A stretch of DNA of 58,742 nt, counting the filler, from Jimgerdemannia flammicorona (taxonomy: Eukaryota), in the NCBI GenBank assembly GCA_003990765.1. It is 3 parts of 3 records of this genome, joined end to end, with 100 filler letters (N's around TTAATTAATTAA, not from the genome) between each part and the next. Parts side by side here need not be neighbours in the genome. Positions count along the whole stretch, not along the records: positions 19,618 to 39,133 come from RBNJ01001922.1; positions 39,234 to 58,742 come from RBNJ01001923.1; 1 more part is not named here. One strand, 5' to 3'. Every line of letters starts with the position of its first letter. Positions within the stretch are counted from its first letter, which is position 1. Below the pieces are notes generated by a model that saw only the letters and a program-made list of their open reading frames with translations, was not told where the DNA came from and made no database searches. The translations under genes and the position numbers were made by a program. Of the stretch, positions 37,300 to 50,599 are shown piece by piece.

Positions 37300-39100
37300 T
37301 CCAAGGGGCGGATAACCGTCCGATAGTCTAAACATGAACACGTAACCCTCGGATTAGGTAATGTCAGTGCTAAACCATCAGACTATTGGACGCCATCAAT
37401 ATGTCGTGTAATCCTGTCGCGGTTCTCGTCGATGGTCTGGGCCGACTCGGATTTGGCCAAACAGGGCTTGGCAGTCACACTCACCACATGACGAGATTTG
37501 CAATACACATGGTACCATTTGAGGCGGCCACTTTTAAAATGTTTACTTTGGTGGCTTAGTATGTCGAAAAAAAAACGGGAAGAAAGTAACCTTTTAAAAG
37601 TGGTCTAATCTGGAAACCTTGTGCCTCAAGATTGTTTGCTGAACAGCGATTGTTGGTAGCGGGCCAAGCAACAATTATCAGCTAAACCACGATTGCTAGC
37701 AGAACGACGATTGTTGGCCGAACGACGATTGTCGGCAAAACGATTATTGGCAGAATGGCGATTGTTGGACTATTGGCAGAATAAAGCAGGAGAATCGACG
37801 ACACGTCACAACCAGTATCAGTATTTGTGACTCATATCCGAAACAAGTAGCTCCAGTGTCGATCGGCCAGGCAAAAAAAAAAAAATGAAAATCAGCAAAT
37901 GCGACTTTTTTCGTAAATTACCAAATAGTAAACCTTGACTATATCCACGGCCGAAATATGGTACGGTGATAGGGGCTGATGGACAATGACGAAAGAGCGA
38001 GAATATTCGCGTGAAGGAATGAATAATAAACCCGAAGGGAGAGAACGAACGGCGAGTCGAAAGAACCATATGCTAGATAGGTAAGAGAGACGATAAATCA
38101 GATAAGGTGAAGATATGTAAAATGCCGAATGGTATACTTAAATATAAAATATAATATATATCTCTCTTTCAGAGAATATATGAGATGAAATTTTTCAAAA
38201 AATTACCAATCCAGATAGGCCATGAGGTACTGTTTAATCAATTTCACCTCATGAATATATTGAGTTATTCATTTATGCCTTTGTTGGATTTATATAATAT
38301 AAAAATGATTATTACATGCTGAATGAATGAATTAAATTAGGCCACGACAAAACGTCATTCGGGTTGCCTTCTGGTCTGGCCCATCAGGAGCACTAATTGA
38401 AAGCATAATATCTTTTTGGCAAACTTTCCGAGCGTCAGGGTCTCCGTACCCCTCCGGTCAATGGTCCCGGCAATCCTCCGCAGAAATATCGTGAGCAGAG
38501 AGATGTCATTCTACGGGCAAAGTGGGAATCTGTCAATGTGCATATCTCAGGTAGTTTATTCGTCATCATAATACTGAAGGTCAACTTCAGCGATTCTAGT
38601 TGCATCCCATCCCATCATGGCCGCGAGCCCTTGTGGAGTGAATGTGAAGATCGGCTACGACCTATTGTTTCGCCCACCGCCTTGAAGTGAGACAACAGCA
38701 GACGAACCACGTTGTTGAGCCAATAGACTTGACTCCCAATAGTTTGCATTAGTTTTTTTTTGATTAATTAAAAAAAAAAAAAACCACTATTAGGGTTGGC
38801 GTCACGCGGAGATAGTGCGCTAGGAGACGGTAGGCCGGAGCTCAGGACCCAAGGTTCAAAAATAAGATAAATAACAATGGATCATGGTCTATATAATAGT
38901 TCTTAAACTATTAAGAACAGATACTACACTTGATTTAGCCAATTGACCTGAGAGGATTGAAAGGTTCATCCACCGCCAACCGCCTCCTTTTATATTCCTC
39001 GGTGGCGAAACCGTGGGATTGCGGAGACAGTAGCGGCTATAGTTGCAGTCGTCGAGACCGTGGTGATGTGGTGATGGCCGATGGGTCATCCGTGGACTCC
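37300..39100 (+). repeat. diverged segmental paralog of ~27900-29200
   Basis: Same order of blocks: ~120-bp unit, gaacgacgattg short repeats, gggcaaagtgggaatc..gtcaatgtgca, caattg.cctgagaggattg. Confidence 0.8.
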
Positions 39101-39101
39101 G

Positions 39102-39132
<31 letters not shown>

Positions 39133-39133
39133 T

Positions 39134-39233
39134 NNNNNNNNNNNNNNNNNNNNNNNNNNNNNNNNNNNNNNNNNNNNTTAATTAATTAANNNNNNNNNNN
39201 NNNNNNNNNNNNNNNNNNNNNNNNNNNNNNNNN
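39134..39233. other. artificial contig linker
   Basis: 44 N + TTAATTAATTAA + 44 N. Confidence 0.97.
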
Positions 39234-41045
39234 AAAAAAAAAAAAAAAAGAGACATTCATGCATTTTTTTTGGTTTCATCAAGGAATGGGATACAATGCA
39301 TGGGAGTATTGATTGATATTCTCAACATCACGAAATTTGAAAAAGAAGGTTCTGCTCTGCAGAGGTTCTGATAACTCCTGGCCTAGGTGGTTCTGCTCTC
39401 CAGAGGTTCTGACAACTTCTGGTCCAGAATTGGTTCTGGTTCAGAATTAGTTCTGGAACAGAATCTGGGCAAAAATTTATTTTGCAAAAAATGGCTAGAA
39501 GCTGGAAAAAAGTCATATAATTCCAGGCACTATGTAATAATTTCACAGTTATATTCTAGTCTTAGTACTTTTTTGCACTTTTTTCTCTAGTCTTTTCTCA
39601 TCTTTTCTTGAATATTCTACCATGTTCCAGTATCTTCTGAATATCTAGAAATCATCTCTTGGCACCAAGACTTCACTAGAACATTTTTGTCTTTTCTCAG
39701 TACCAAGTCTCACATCTTAGCTAGTTATAGAACCTTTTGGAACATTGTAGAATATTATTAGTTATTTTTGCTGAGAATCTATTTCTTTGCTTTTCTCTTC
39801 TTTTCTAAGATCTTTCCAGATCTTTCTTTCATATCCTGTATAAATATTCTTATTCTCTATTTGAATAAAGCTCAGAATATTTCTCCCAGAATTTTCAAGA
39901 ATATTTGAATCTATAAGTATCTCTTTGAGCTACTTTAGACCTACCAGAATCAGTCACTTTCTCTTAAACTATTATACTTAGTAGCAGCAGAAGATTATAT
40001 CTTACCTTATTAAGAAACCTTATATAAATTTGAAAATTAGTTACAAACTAGTCATTTAAGTCCAAATGAGCTACAGAGAATCAGTCTACTGTCCAGACCC
40101 CTCTGCTACAGAAGAAGCAGATAGTGCAAAACTATAAGTCAATCTGGAGGATATGATTACTACTATAGTTCATCAGATCTGATAACTTAAAGTACAACCA
40201 GAATATCAGAAGACTAAGACAATAGCTATATCATATTCTACTACTGTATTAGTCTGTTTCAAGTTACTAAAGTTAGATATCTTTAATGACTATCAAGGAG
40301 TACTAGTAGATATATAGATCTTTCAATTAGATCAATACTTTAAACTCACAAGAATAGAAGAAGACATATAAGTCCAATTTGCCACTATACTTCTCTAAGG
40401 GAATATAGCTATTTGGTAGTAAAATCATATTATGACTATTACTTTCTACTCAAATACAAGAATTTAAGATTAAAAATCCTTTGAAGAGGCCCTCCATCAG
40501 TAGTTTAAGTCTGCTAATACTACTAAGCTAGCCTGAGATAAACTAGTAAATATCAAGTAACTTAAGTCTATATAAAGTTATAATATACAATTTCTGTCAA
40601 TCCTACTTAAGCTACTAATAATAGCAGAAGACAAAAAGATAAACTATTACATCTAAAGTCTAAAAGAAAACACATAAGTTAAGGTTGAGCTAGAAGAGCC
40701 ACAGATCCTCAATAAAGTTATGAGAATTGCTAATATATAGGTTTAATATCATTATCTTTAGCAATCACTTCAAACTAAAATACTGTAAGAAAAATCACTT
40801 TGAGAACTATTATAAGAACTAATCCAAAGCAGTTGATCCAGTACTAATAGATTTAGATACTATGAATAAAAAGAATACCAAGCTTACTATAGAAGAAAAA
40901 GATTATATAAAGAAATCTAGAGCTTATTTCTTCTATTATCAGATAGGATATATTGCAACTAAATGTTCTAAGAAGATCAGCAAATCATTAAGACTAGTCA
41001 CTATATTATTCAAAGATATATCTATCAATCTCACTATCAGTCAAC

Positions 41046-41465
41046 TTAAATTTAAGATTAAAAAGCTTTATCTGAAGGCCTAGATCTCTCAATATCAATC
41101 AGAAGGAGTCATTGGTCTTAACCTGTACTCTGTCAAGCAAGTCACTATTCCAGTCAGAAGCTGAATACTAATATCTACTGGAATTGTAGTCTAATGTTTT
41201 AAAGGATATTATGCTAAAATTGTACTATATATGATCTGGACTTAATATTAAATATTATTTAGATATTAGTACTAATATTATTGATTTAGACTATTGAGAA
41301 CAAGTTTAAGTTTTACTTATCAATTAGAAGGATCAAAACTACACAGTTAAGAAAGGAGACCAAGTTGCACAAATGATCCTAAAAAAAGCCAGTCAACCTA
41401 AGATTATAGAAGTCCAACAACTATCTAAAACTAAGTAAGATTAGAAAGATTTTAGTAGTACTGAT
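41046..41465 (+). pseudogene. dUTPase domain between gag and protease of Gypsy 2
   Basis: KFKIKKL..YQSEGVIGLNL..ISTGIVV..SGL..IIDLDY..KKGDQVAQMIL..DFSSTD. Confidence 0.85.
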
Positions 41466-41603
41466 CAAGTAGTATGTTTTACTGAAAATTAAGTATAAGC
41501 CATACTTATTTTTAAAGATTTAGTCAAAGAAAAAAAAGTTCAAATACTTATAGATAGTAGAACTATAGAAAACTTCATTAATCAGAACTTTGTCAAAAAT
41601 CTC

Positions 41604-41607
<4 letters not shown>

Positions 41608-41681
<74 letters not shown>

Positions 41682-42352
41682 GTCTCTTAGACTGCATCCT
41701 TTATTAATATACCCATCTATCCTATATATAATACACTAATCCCATCCCTATCCAATCCCCCTAGAGGGCTCTTCTCCCATATTCTTATAATTAAAGACCA
41801 CTAGATTATTACTTATCTCTACTTTCTCACTACTCTGCTTATAGGTCTCCTCTACCAACTGATACCTATGCCCACTCTAGAGACCCCACCCAACCCACCA
41901 TCCTGTCAGTATATCTTCCATCAACCCCTTCTATCTTGATATTCTCTCCTGTACACTCAACTATTACTCCTTCTCAAAAACATAAAACCAATGTCTAGCT
42001 ATTCCCACCTATATAGCTAATATCTACCTGACCATGAGTTACTCATTGCCCATACCCCCTACCAACCTAGTTCTCAAATCTTCCCAATGACCTCTCTCCA
42101 CATCTGGTTATCTCTTAACACTCAGCCAATCCTCTATAGCTATTCAAAAATTCCCTAGAACCTCACACTCTCTCAGCCAATATTCTGGTGTCTGTACTAT
42201 CCCTCCAATCTGTCCTATATTATAACACTCCTCACATTTGAGAAGTCCACCCTTCACCAAATATCCAGAGTAGAAATTCAACATAATGTTCTTCTGCAGC
42301 AACTACCGTCATACTACTCAAAACTTGGGAGGAAGCTACCTCTGTATCTCAG
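41608..42352 (-). mobile_element. 5'-truncated LINE with poly(A) tail inserted in the Gypsy 2 protease
   Basis: ~70-nt poly(T); TSD aaatctcaaga at 41597-41607 and 42353-42363; homologous to ~19618-20200. Confidence 0.9.
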
Positions 42353-42600
42353 AAATCTCAAGATCCTCACTAAGTCTATACTCAAGAATGATGGCATAGT
42401 TACTGTAAATAATATACTATATCCTGTCAAGTCAATTGTAGTCAAACTATCTATCAAGATTCAGAAATATTGGGAATGAGTAGACTTTAAGATTGCACTA
42501 CTAGGAGATTATAATTTGATTCTAGAAAAGCTCTGACTTATGAAACACAATCTGAATATTGATTGATACAAGAATGAAATTACTCTACTTTAAGAAGGAG

Positions 42601-43128
42601 TAGTGCTCCTAATAAGTTAATTTAATCCAGATTGGATTTGGATTGATTCAGATTGAATCCCATCCAGATCAACTCAGATGAGATTTGAATCAATGATTGT
42701 TTTGATTTCCAAATTAGACAATTAAATATTTATATCAATAATTCAATAAATAATCATCCAAATTTGATTACTTTAATGTCATTTGAAGCCCTTAACAAGG
42801 TCTTTCTAATGATACTAAGAATATTGAAATTGGATCATATGTTGCTGAGTTATTAAGGAAAATGTCTGAATCACTGATTTAGAAAATTATTTGATTTGCT
42901 GATTTTGGAAATTTCATCAAATAGAACATTTTCCTTAATATCTCAGCCACACATAATCCAATTTTAATATTCTTAGTATCATTAGAAAGGCCTTATTAAG
43001 GGCTTTCAATTGACACTAAGATTATCAAATATGGAAGATTATTCATCAGGATATTGATGTAAACATTAAACAATCATTGATTTGAATCCCATCCAAATCC
43101 CATCTGGATTGACTCATTCAGAGCACTA
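42601..43128. mobile_element. hAT-type foldback element, copy 2 (528 bp)
   Basis: TAGTGCTC...GAGCACTA with perfect 8-bp TSD agaaggag; homologous to 26959-27482. Confidence 0.9.
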
Positions 43129-43589
43129 AGAAGGAGTCAACATCACTATTAAGACAGACAAGCCTGTGAACAAAACTAATATTGTAATACTGTCAGCAAT
43201 AAAGTATAAGAAAGTACTTAAGAAGATGGTATATACTTTTATTGTAATAGTCTATCTCAAGAAGTAAGATAAGAAGCTGTCAATTAATGAAAAGATTAAG
43301 TTATTACTTAAAGAATCAAGAATATCTTTCCAGACAAGCTACCTGATATACCACCTATATGAGAAGTCAATTATGAAATTGAACTGACTCCAAGAGCTAT
43401 ATTATCTAAGAAATATATACTATATATCACCTCTTGAAATTAAAGCAGTTAAGAAGGAACTAGAAGAACTACTTATATAAGGAGCCATTCAACTAAGCAA
43501 ATTCCCCTATGACTCATCAGTTCTATTTGTCAAGAAAAAGAATAATACTCTACAAATATATATAGACTACTAAGTACTCAATATATATA

Positions 43590-46500
43590 TTTCTTATTAG
43601 TAAAGAGCAAAGCCTTAGATAAATTTTAAAGAATTCAAAGTAATTACCAAGAATGAGACAGGACATAGAGTATATATGATATAATCAGATAATAGATATG
43701 AATATATCAATGATATATTTAAGCAGTTCTTGAAAAACAATAACATACATTATCAAATAATAGCTCCTTATATACCTCAGCAGAATAGTATAATCAAGTG
43801 ATTCAACTATATAGCTATAGATATAGTATATACAATAATCAATACTACTGGATTAAGATATTCATACTGGGACAAAGTGATCAATACTATAGTATATATA
43901 TAATTGATATATATAACAAGTGCTAAGTAAGAATTTCAGCAATAATAAGTATAGAGATGATAATCTTATCTCTGAGAAATTATAGAGCAGAACTAAGCCC
44001 AATATATCACATATATATATATTCAGTTATAAGGTATATATCCTTGATAAGAGTAATACCAATCAGTATAAATTCAAGCCAAAACCCAGCAAGCATATAT
44101 TTCTTAAGTATTCTAGTAAGGTATATTAACTCTAAAATCTACAAAAGCAGTATATAGTCATTTTACATAATATATAGTTTCAAGAAAAGAGAGAAAACAG
44201 TTTGGAGATCTGCATAGATATATCTATCAGGATTTTTACATCTTAGCAACTATTACAACCTCTTTAGTAGTCAATTAAAATTATTTTCAACAGCTATATA
44301 TTTAAGTCTGAGCCAGAGTTATCTGAGCCAAAAATAATAGAGATCAAAGATAAAGATAATAGCAAAACCTCCAATAATAAGAGATCCTCTACCTCTATGA
44401 AGAATAAGTAAAAGTGCCTCAACATTCACTAAGAAACTTATTTGAAATTAGAAAGTTATTAGAATATACTAGTAAGTTCTAGATAGCAGTAATATATAGA
44501 CTATATAAGCTATACTAAAGTATACAAATATATATATATTACAATATCTTCTAATAAGCCAAATATATATAATAAAGCTATAATTAGCTCTGATAGTAAG
44601 AAATGGAAATAAGCTATAGATGAAGAATATAATTTACTTATTTAGAACAATATATGAGATTTAGGATCTCTTCTGTCAAATCACCAAATGATTAGATTAA
44701 ATTGAGTCTATAAAATCAAATATAAGAGTGATTAAAGCATAAAGTGATATAAAGCTCATTTTATTACTAAAAGTTATTTATAATATTATAATATAGATTA
44801 TAATGAAATATTTTTACCAATATTTAAGCTTACTTTCACTTAAAATACTTCTTGTAATTAGAGTAATATATGATCTCAAAATCCATCAAATAGATATTAA
44901 GATAACATTTCTAAATAGTGATATAGATACTAAACTATATATCCATTAACTATAAGGATATAAAAACAGTGAACTTATATATAAATTATATAAGAGACTA
45001 TATGGTATTAAGTAAGTAGTATAATTATGGAATAAAAGGATTGATAAATATCTCTTTAATAATAGATTTACATATTGTAGCAGACAATTATATATATGTC
45101 TAGCATTATAATGATAGAAGTATAGTTTTTATCAGTATTTAGATTGATGATATAATTATTATTAGAAATAAGAACAGACTTAATAGAGTTAAAGAAGTCC
45201 TATACTAAGAATTCAAAATAATAGATATTAGTAATATATTCTTTCTTTTAGAGATATCTATTATATATGATAGAAATATATATACTATATATCTCTTACA
45301 AGCAATATATGCTCTGAATATTTCAATATAAGTAGATGCAAGCTTATTGACACTCCAATGGATACTTCTGTGAAGTTAAGAAAATTAGATATTATATCTG
45401 AGGATGATGACAATATATCTGCCAAAAATATTCTCTATCAGTAAGTAGTCAGTTCTCTTATATATCTCATACTAGAAATGAGGCCCAATATATTATATAT
45501 AGTAAATAAGATAATATAGTATTCTTCTTACTACAATAATTTATATTGGAGTACTGTCAAGAGAATTTTTAGATATTTAAAGAGATTAGTATACTATATA
45601 CTTACATATATTGGATAGTAGTGATATTAAATTAAGTAGAAGTAATAATAACAATACTATATAGCTATCTGGTATATATAATACTGATTAAGCAGATAAT
45701 CTATATGACTATCAATCTATAACTAAGTATCTCTTCTACATCAGTAACCAAGAGTCTATCATTTTAAGATAAATATATAAGTAATTATTTATAATAATTC
45801 ATCAATACAAATGAAGTATCAAGTATTGTCAAGTATAATAAAGAAAGCTATTTAACTTTACAAACTGTTAAAAGAACTCAGATTCACTCAAAAACAGAGT
45901 ACTATACTATATCAGAATAACTAGTCTATAATAGTACTTACTAAGAATCTAATATATTATAATAGAATGAAACATATCAATATATAGCATTATTTTATAT
46001 GGAAATATATAAAAAACAATACTATATACTAAAGTTCTTTCAAAGCCAAAGTTCATACAATGTATTAAAAGAATAGGTCTTATGAGTAGTATACTAATAT
46101 TTGGATACTTTTCAGATTATCAAATATCTTTTATATTATATATATATTGACATCTCTCATCTATGAGTAGATTATATATATATATTATATTTATATAGAT
46201 ATTTCAGATATTACAGGTATTTTGAAATACTTTTCAACCTATAAGAATTTCTTAGATATAGAATTTTATTTAAGTTTTTAGATTATATATAGTTTTAGTT
46301 TTTGCATATATTATATTACTTTTTACTCTGGTTTGCATTCTTTTGGAGTTATATATCTCATTGAGCAGGAGTATTAGAATAGCAACTTGATATATCAGTA
46401 TATAACTTATACTATCTCATTAATTTTATATTATTTATCAGTAATATATAAAATATATAACTTATATAACTTTAATAAAATTATCTCTCTTTTATAATAC
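43590..46500 (+). mobile_element. heavily mutated Ty1/Copia IN-RT-RH plus 3' LTR
   Basis: Decayed SDN..EY and APY.PQQN (integrase); W..AIDEEY..L..N and YKA..GY (RT); R.KHI.I..HFI (RNase H); purine-rich tract gagcaggag before the LTR at ~46372. Confidence 0.82.
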
Positions 46501-46743
46501 TATTAGTCATCTTTGCCAAAAACTTATTTCTTGACTTTTCTCTTCTTTTCTAAGATTGTTCCAGATCTTTTTTTCAGATCTTATATAAATATCCTTATTC
46601 TTTGCTTAAATAAAGCTCAGAATATTTTCTCTTAGAATTTCTTTAAGAATACTCAAATCTATAAGTATCTCTTTAAGCTACTTTAGATCTATTAGAATTA
46701 TCAGTCTTAGCTACTTCCTCTTAAAGAAACTAGAACCATTACA
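46500..46743 (+). repeat. partial LTR of the Gypsy 2 family
   Basis: Homologous to ~39755-39975; ends in ...attaca. Confidence 0.8.
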
Positions 46744-47002
46744 TTAAATATTATTTATTATTATTTATCACTTAGTCATTCATCACTTAGTACTTAGTTG
46801 TTATTTATTACTATTGTATCATAGCTCTAAATTTTATAGAAGAGTATAGAAACCAAAAATATAATTAATCAATATATATATTACTCTTTTAGAAAATATA
46901 TTTTCAAACTAGAAATAGTTCTAGAAACTGAAGAATAATATACTGAGATATAGAAATATCTTCTGGTAATACTTCAGATAATACTTCAGATAATACTTCT
47001 AG

Positions 47003-47848
47003 TTTTTTTGTTTTTTGTTTTTGTTTTTTTTTATAATCTCTTGGACTTCACCATTTATTACTAGTCTATCAAAATATAATTACAGTATCTCAACTCACTA
47101 CTCAATCCTCCTAGAGGGACCTCTTCTTATACTCTTATAATTGAAGGCCACTTTACTATCTACTATTACAACTCTCCCCACTCTATCTATATATATATCT
47201 TCTCTACTAAGTATTACTGATGACCTCTCTATAGACCTCATATCAGCCACCAATCCATCAAGACATCCACCATCAACTCTTCTCATCTTGTCAATTACTC
47301 TCCTAAACTCAACTGCCTCCCCTCCTCAAAAATAGATAACCAGTATCCAGCCAATCTCACCTATATAGCCAAAACCCACCCAATAGTTAGCTACTCATTT
47401 CTAACCTCACTCACCAATCTTGTCCTCAAATCCTCCCATTGATCTCTCTCATCATCTCTCCTCTTCACAATATCCAATCTATCTCCAACTGCTAACCAAA
47501 AGTCTCTAAGTAACTTATACTCTTCCAGCCAATATTCTGGTATTTGTATAAATCCCCCTTTCTGTCCTACATTATAATACTCCTCACAATCAAATTGTCC
47601 ACCCTCTATAAGATGGCTTAAACAAAAGTTGAGCATGATGTTTCTCCTCAGTAAGTGCCACCATACTACCCAGAACTTAGGTAGCAGTCAGCACCATACC
47701 TCAGCACTCTAGGTCCAGATGCTCTCCCAGTCCTACTCTTCACCAATGTCTACCATCTGTCAGCCACTAGGCTATATATCCTATCCTAACCCTCTCTGGC
47801 ACTCCACCCCAGCACCAATATCAAAGTCAATTAGTGGAGTACCCCTGG
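47003..47848 (-). mobile_element. 5'-truncated LINE
   Basis: T-rich tail; TSD taatacttctag at 46991-47002 and 47849-47860; homologous to ~19640-20350. Confidence 0.88.
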
Positions 47849-49077
47849 TAATACTTCTAGCTTCTAACTTCTAACTTCTGACTTCTAACTTCTGGGGTAC
47901 TTCTAGCTTCTAACTTCTGGCTTCTAACTTCTAATTTCTAGCTTATAACTTCTGGGGTACTTCTGGCTTCTAACCATTGGTTCTGCACCTCGCAACTTCT
48001 GTTCTGGCGCCTATGAACTTTTGTGATGTTCTGGAAGCTTAGTAGAACCTCTCAAAAACCCGTCAGAACCACCAAAAATTTCGTGATGAAGCCTTGCGTG
48101 ATTCGCGAAAGAAATTTTTACTGCCTACTGTCGCCGGTCGATTTTGGTCTGAGTTGGCCCGACAGCGTTTGGGAGTGACAAATACGAAACTCACCTCGTC
48201 CCCCTGCAAGCCGTTGAACCTTTCCGTCCGTCCACCCACGTGGCCGACCTTTAACGTGGGGGTAAGCATCTTAAGATGAGTGCATTGACTTGTGATTTTA
48301 ATGCTTGTTCCACGAAAGGTATATAAGTCTTCCGAAATCCCTGCTCCACACGTTTCTTCCACATCCCTCTATTTGGGTGACAAGGACGAACCATGGCACA
48401 ACTACGCAAACAATAATCGATGAAAGTATTCCACAGTCGAAAGATAGTAATTAGATCCTGGAGATGCCAAACTCGCCGCAACCTTGTTAACCAGGTTCCG
48501 GGACGGAGGATCCCCGGTCGTTGTTCTCGTCAGGTGTAGTGATAGCATCTCTACAATTTACACTCGTCTGCCTTTTCCCTATAAATTAATCTTTTCCATC
48601 CACATATTCGTGCGTTTGCAAACAGGACGCGATCCCGATATGCAGACGCAAAAGTTAATCCAAGCATTGCACAATCTATTAATATTTTTTTTTTTAAAAA
48701 TAAAATAAAATAAAATAAAAGGTGGGAGGGGGGGAGAAGAGATAACAAAGAATGTGAATAGGTAGAATGTCTCTTGCCTGCAAGCTTTTTAACGTGCCGT
48801 TGGACTACGGGCCTCCCCTCGCTTCAGCACACCGCGTGGTCTTTGAGAAGCGAATGAACCACACGCAATTAATTCGTTCTCTCTCCTTTTTTTTTTTTTT
48901 TTTAAATAAAAAAAAAAAAAAACGTGTACATACTTTCTTTGCCGGCCAATTTGCAAAAACAAGATTTGAAGCAAATATTATACCACAACAGAGGGTTTAT
49001 TGCTTCGATATTGAAGGGCAAGGTAATGCACTCTGCGTAGAGCTTAAGATCTTGCTTGCTACGTTGAATCCAAATTA

Positions 49078-50202
49078 TCAGGCCTTGAGCGGCTTCAACC
49101 CATACCCGATAGTCCAAATGCCATATGTTTTAAATTTACCATACTGTTCAGCCAGCCTATGTGTCAACTCCTCGTACTCTTCGCGACTGACACCCATGGC
49201 CGGCAGAATAATTGGCCTCAACGCATCCATCATGAAACCAACATTTTTTAGCCTCATGTCGCCGACAACACCGTCCCAGCCGATTGGACAAGTGACACGG
49301 TTACATTGCACGTTGGTGAACCCGTGGTTGGCGAAGAAGGTCTCGAGCTTCTTGACAAGCTCGATATCCACGCCGCGGGAGAGGGTCGCAGTACGGACTG
49401 TGCATAGTAAATTGCATCGTGGTAAGTGTGTTATTGTTGGCAGTAACGGATATAGCGGGATAATAAACTATTCAAATACATACGTGCATTGTAAATACGT
49501 TCGTAACCCGGAGGCGCGTCTTTATAGTCACAACTACCCTCTATGAGCTCCAGGTATCCCCCGGGCTTGGTGACACGTGTGAGCTCACGCATGGCGATCT
49601 CCCAGTCCGCCGGCGAAAAAGCGAGAAATAGGAACCTTTGCATAACATAATCAAACTGGCCGTCTTGGAACGGAAGTCTCTCTAGTGTGTTTGCCTTGCG
49701 GAATGTGACGTTCGGCGAGATGTTTGTTGCCGGGAAGACGCCGGCGACGTCTATGCCGGTGAATGTAGAGTTCGGATACGCAGCTGCCAGATCCAAACTC
49801 CAGCGGCCGCTCCCGCAACCGACGTCGAGGACGTTGATACCACTTTTTAGGAGCTCCTCGACAGGGGCCGTGAAATTTCTTTGTAGGCGTTCGCTGATTA
49901 AAAAAAGTATAAAGTGGTCAGATAGTAGCAAGGTAACTAGAAATATCATTTTGACGGAATACGTCGTGATTTCAACGCCCGTGCTCATCACACACAAGGT
50001 ACGATTTGGCTTCACGAGGTAGCAATATAATCATTTCATAGGAAAAAAAAAAAAAAAAAAATACTCACCGAACAAGATTATGCTGGAAGTCAAGGCGAGA
50101 TATTTCGTCCTCGTCGCATGGCAAAACATAGCGAACGTTCCCGCCGGTAAACTTACGATTTTCAATAACCCTATATTCTTCAGGGGCTTCGTTGCTCGAC
50201 AT
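49078..50202 (-). CDS. class I SAM-dependent methyltransferase (LaeA-like superfamily, 287 aa, 3 exons)
   Basis: Exons 50202-50069, 49893-49484 and 49397-49078 total 864 nt in frame; YVLPCDEDEISRLDFQH, VLDVGCGSGRW, LPFQDGQFDYV, RVTKPGGYLELIE. Confidence 0.93.
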
Positions 50203-50599
50203 TGAATGTTGTTGTCACAGGAAAAAGGATGTAGCTATCGGGGGATAAGCGGAATATGTGAGGTATTTATACTCGCTAATGGCAAGCAAAAAGGGTATTC
50301 AGTAGTGTTTTGATTGGCTCGCACAACTGGAAGAACCCTTTTACAAAGTACATACGTTATCCATCCTCTTTTGTGCTCCTGCCGATCTTTGACAATGATT
50401 CCCCATATGACGTACTCAATTGCATTCCAAATCCTTTTTAATATAGTTATGAACGTAGTTCAAACTTTAGTCATTCCCCTGGCGTCTGAATCTACCTTTC
50501 GCCTGAATCGATTTAGTTGGACTGGTTCCTCTATGTCTGAGTCAACTTAGTAAAAACCATTTTGTCTCTGAATATACTCATCTTGAAATATCTACAGAA

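Larger units (their letters stand above)
39533..43590 (+). mobile_element. degenerate Ty3/Gypsy element 2, order LTR-gag-dUTPase-PR-RT (truncated)
   Basis: LTR ~39533-39977 (homolog at ~46500-46743); gag with PMDLD-like motif and decayed CCHC ~40840-40970; protease LIDSR..ENFI ~41548; RT N-terminus VLFVKKK..IDY..LN ~43520-43585. Confidence 0.85.
39329..48085. mobile_element. putative CACTA/EnSpm-like element acting as host of a nested TE cluster
   Basis: Termini CACGAAATTT...AAATTTCGTG flanked by AT on both sides; GGTTCT/AGAACC subterminal repeats; the right end coincides with the return to CpG-rich DNA. Confidence 0.55.

Noticed and set aside
48063..48530. Possible gene in unique CpG-rich DNA
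   Set aside because: Short ORFs without recognisable motifs or a consistent splice model
48767..49546. 259-aa plus-strand ORF
   Set aside because: Antisense to the methyltransferase and runs through poly(T)/poly(A) tracts
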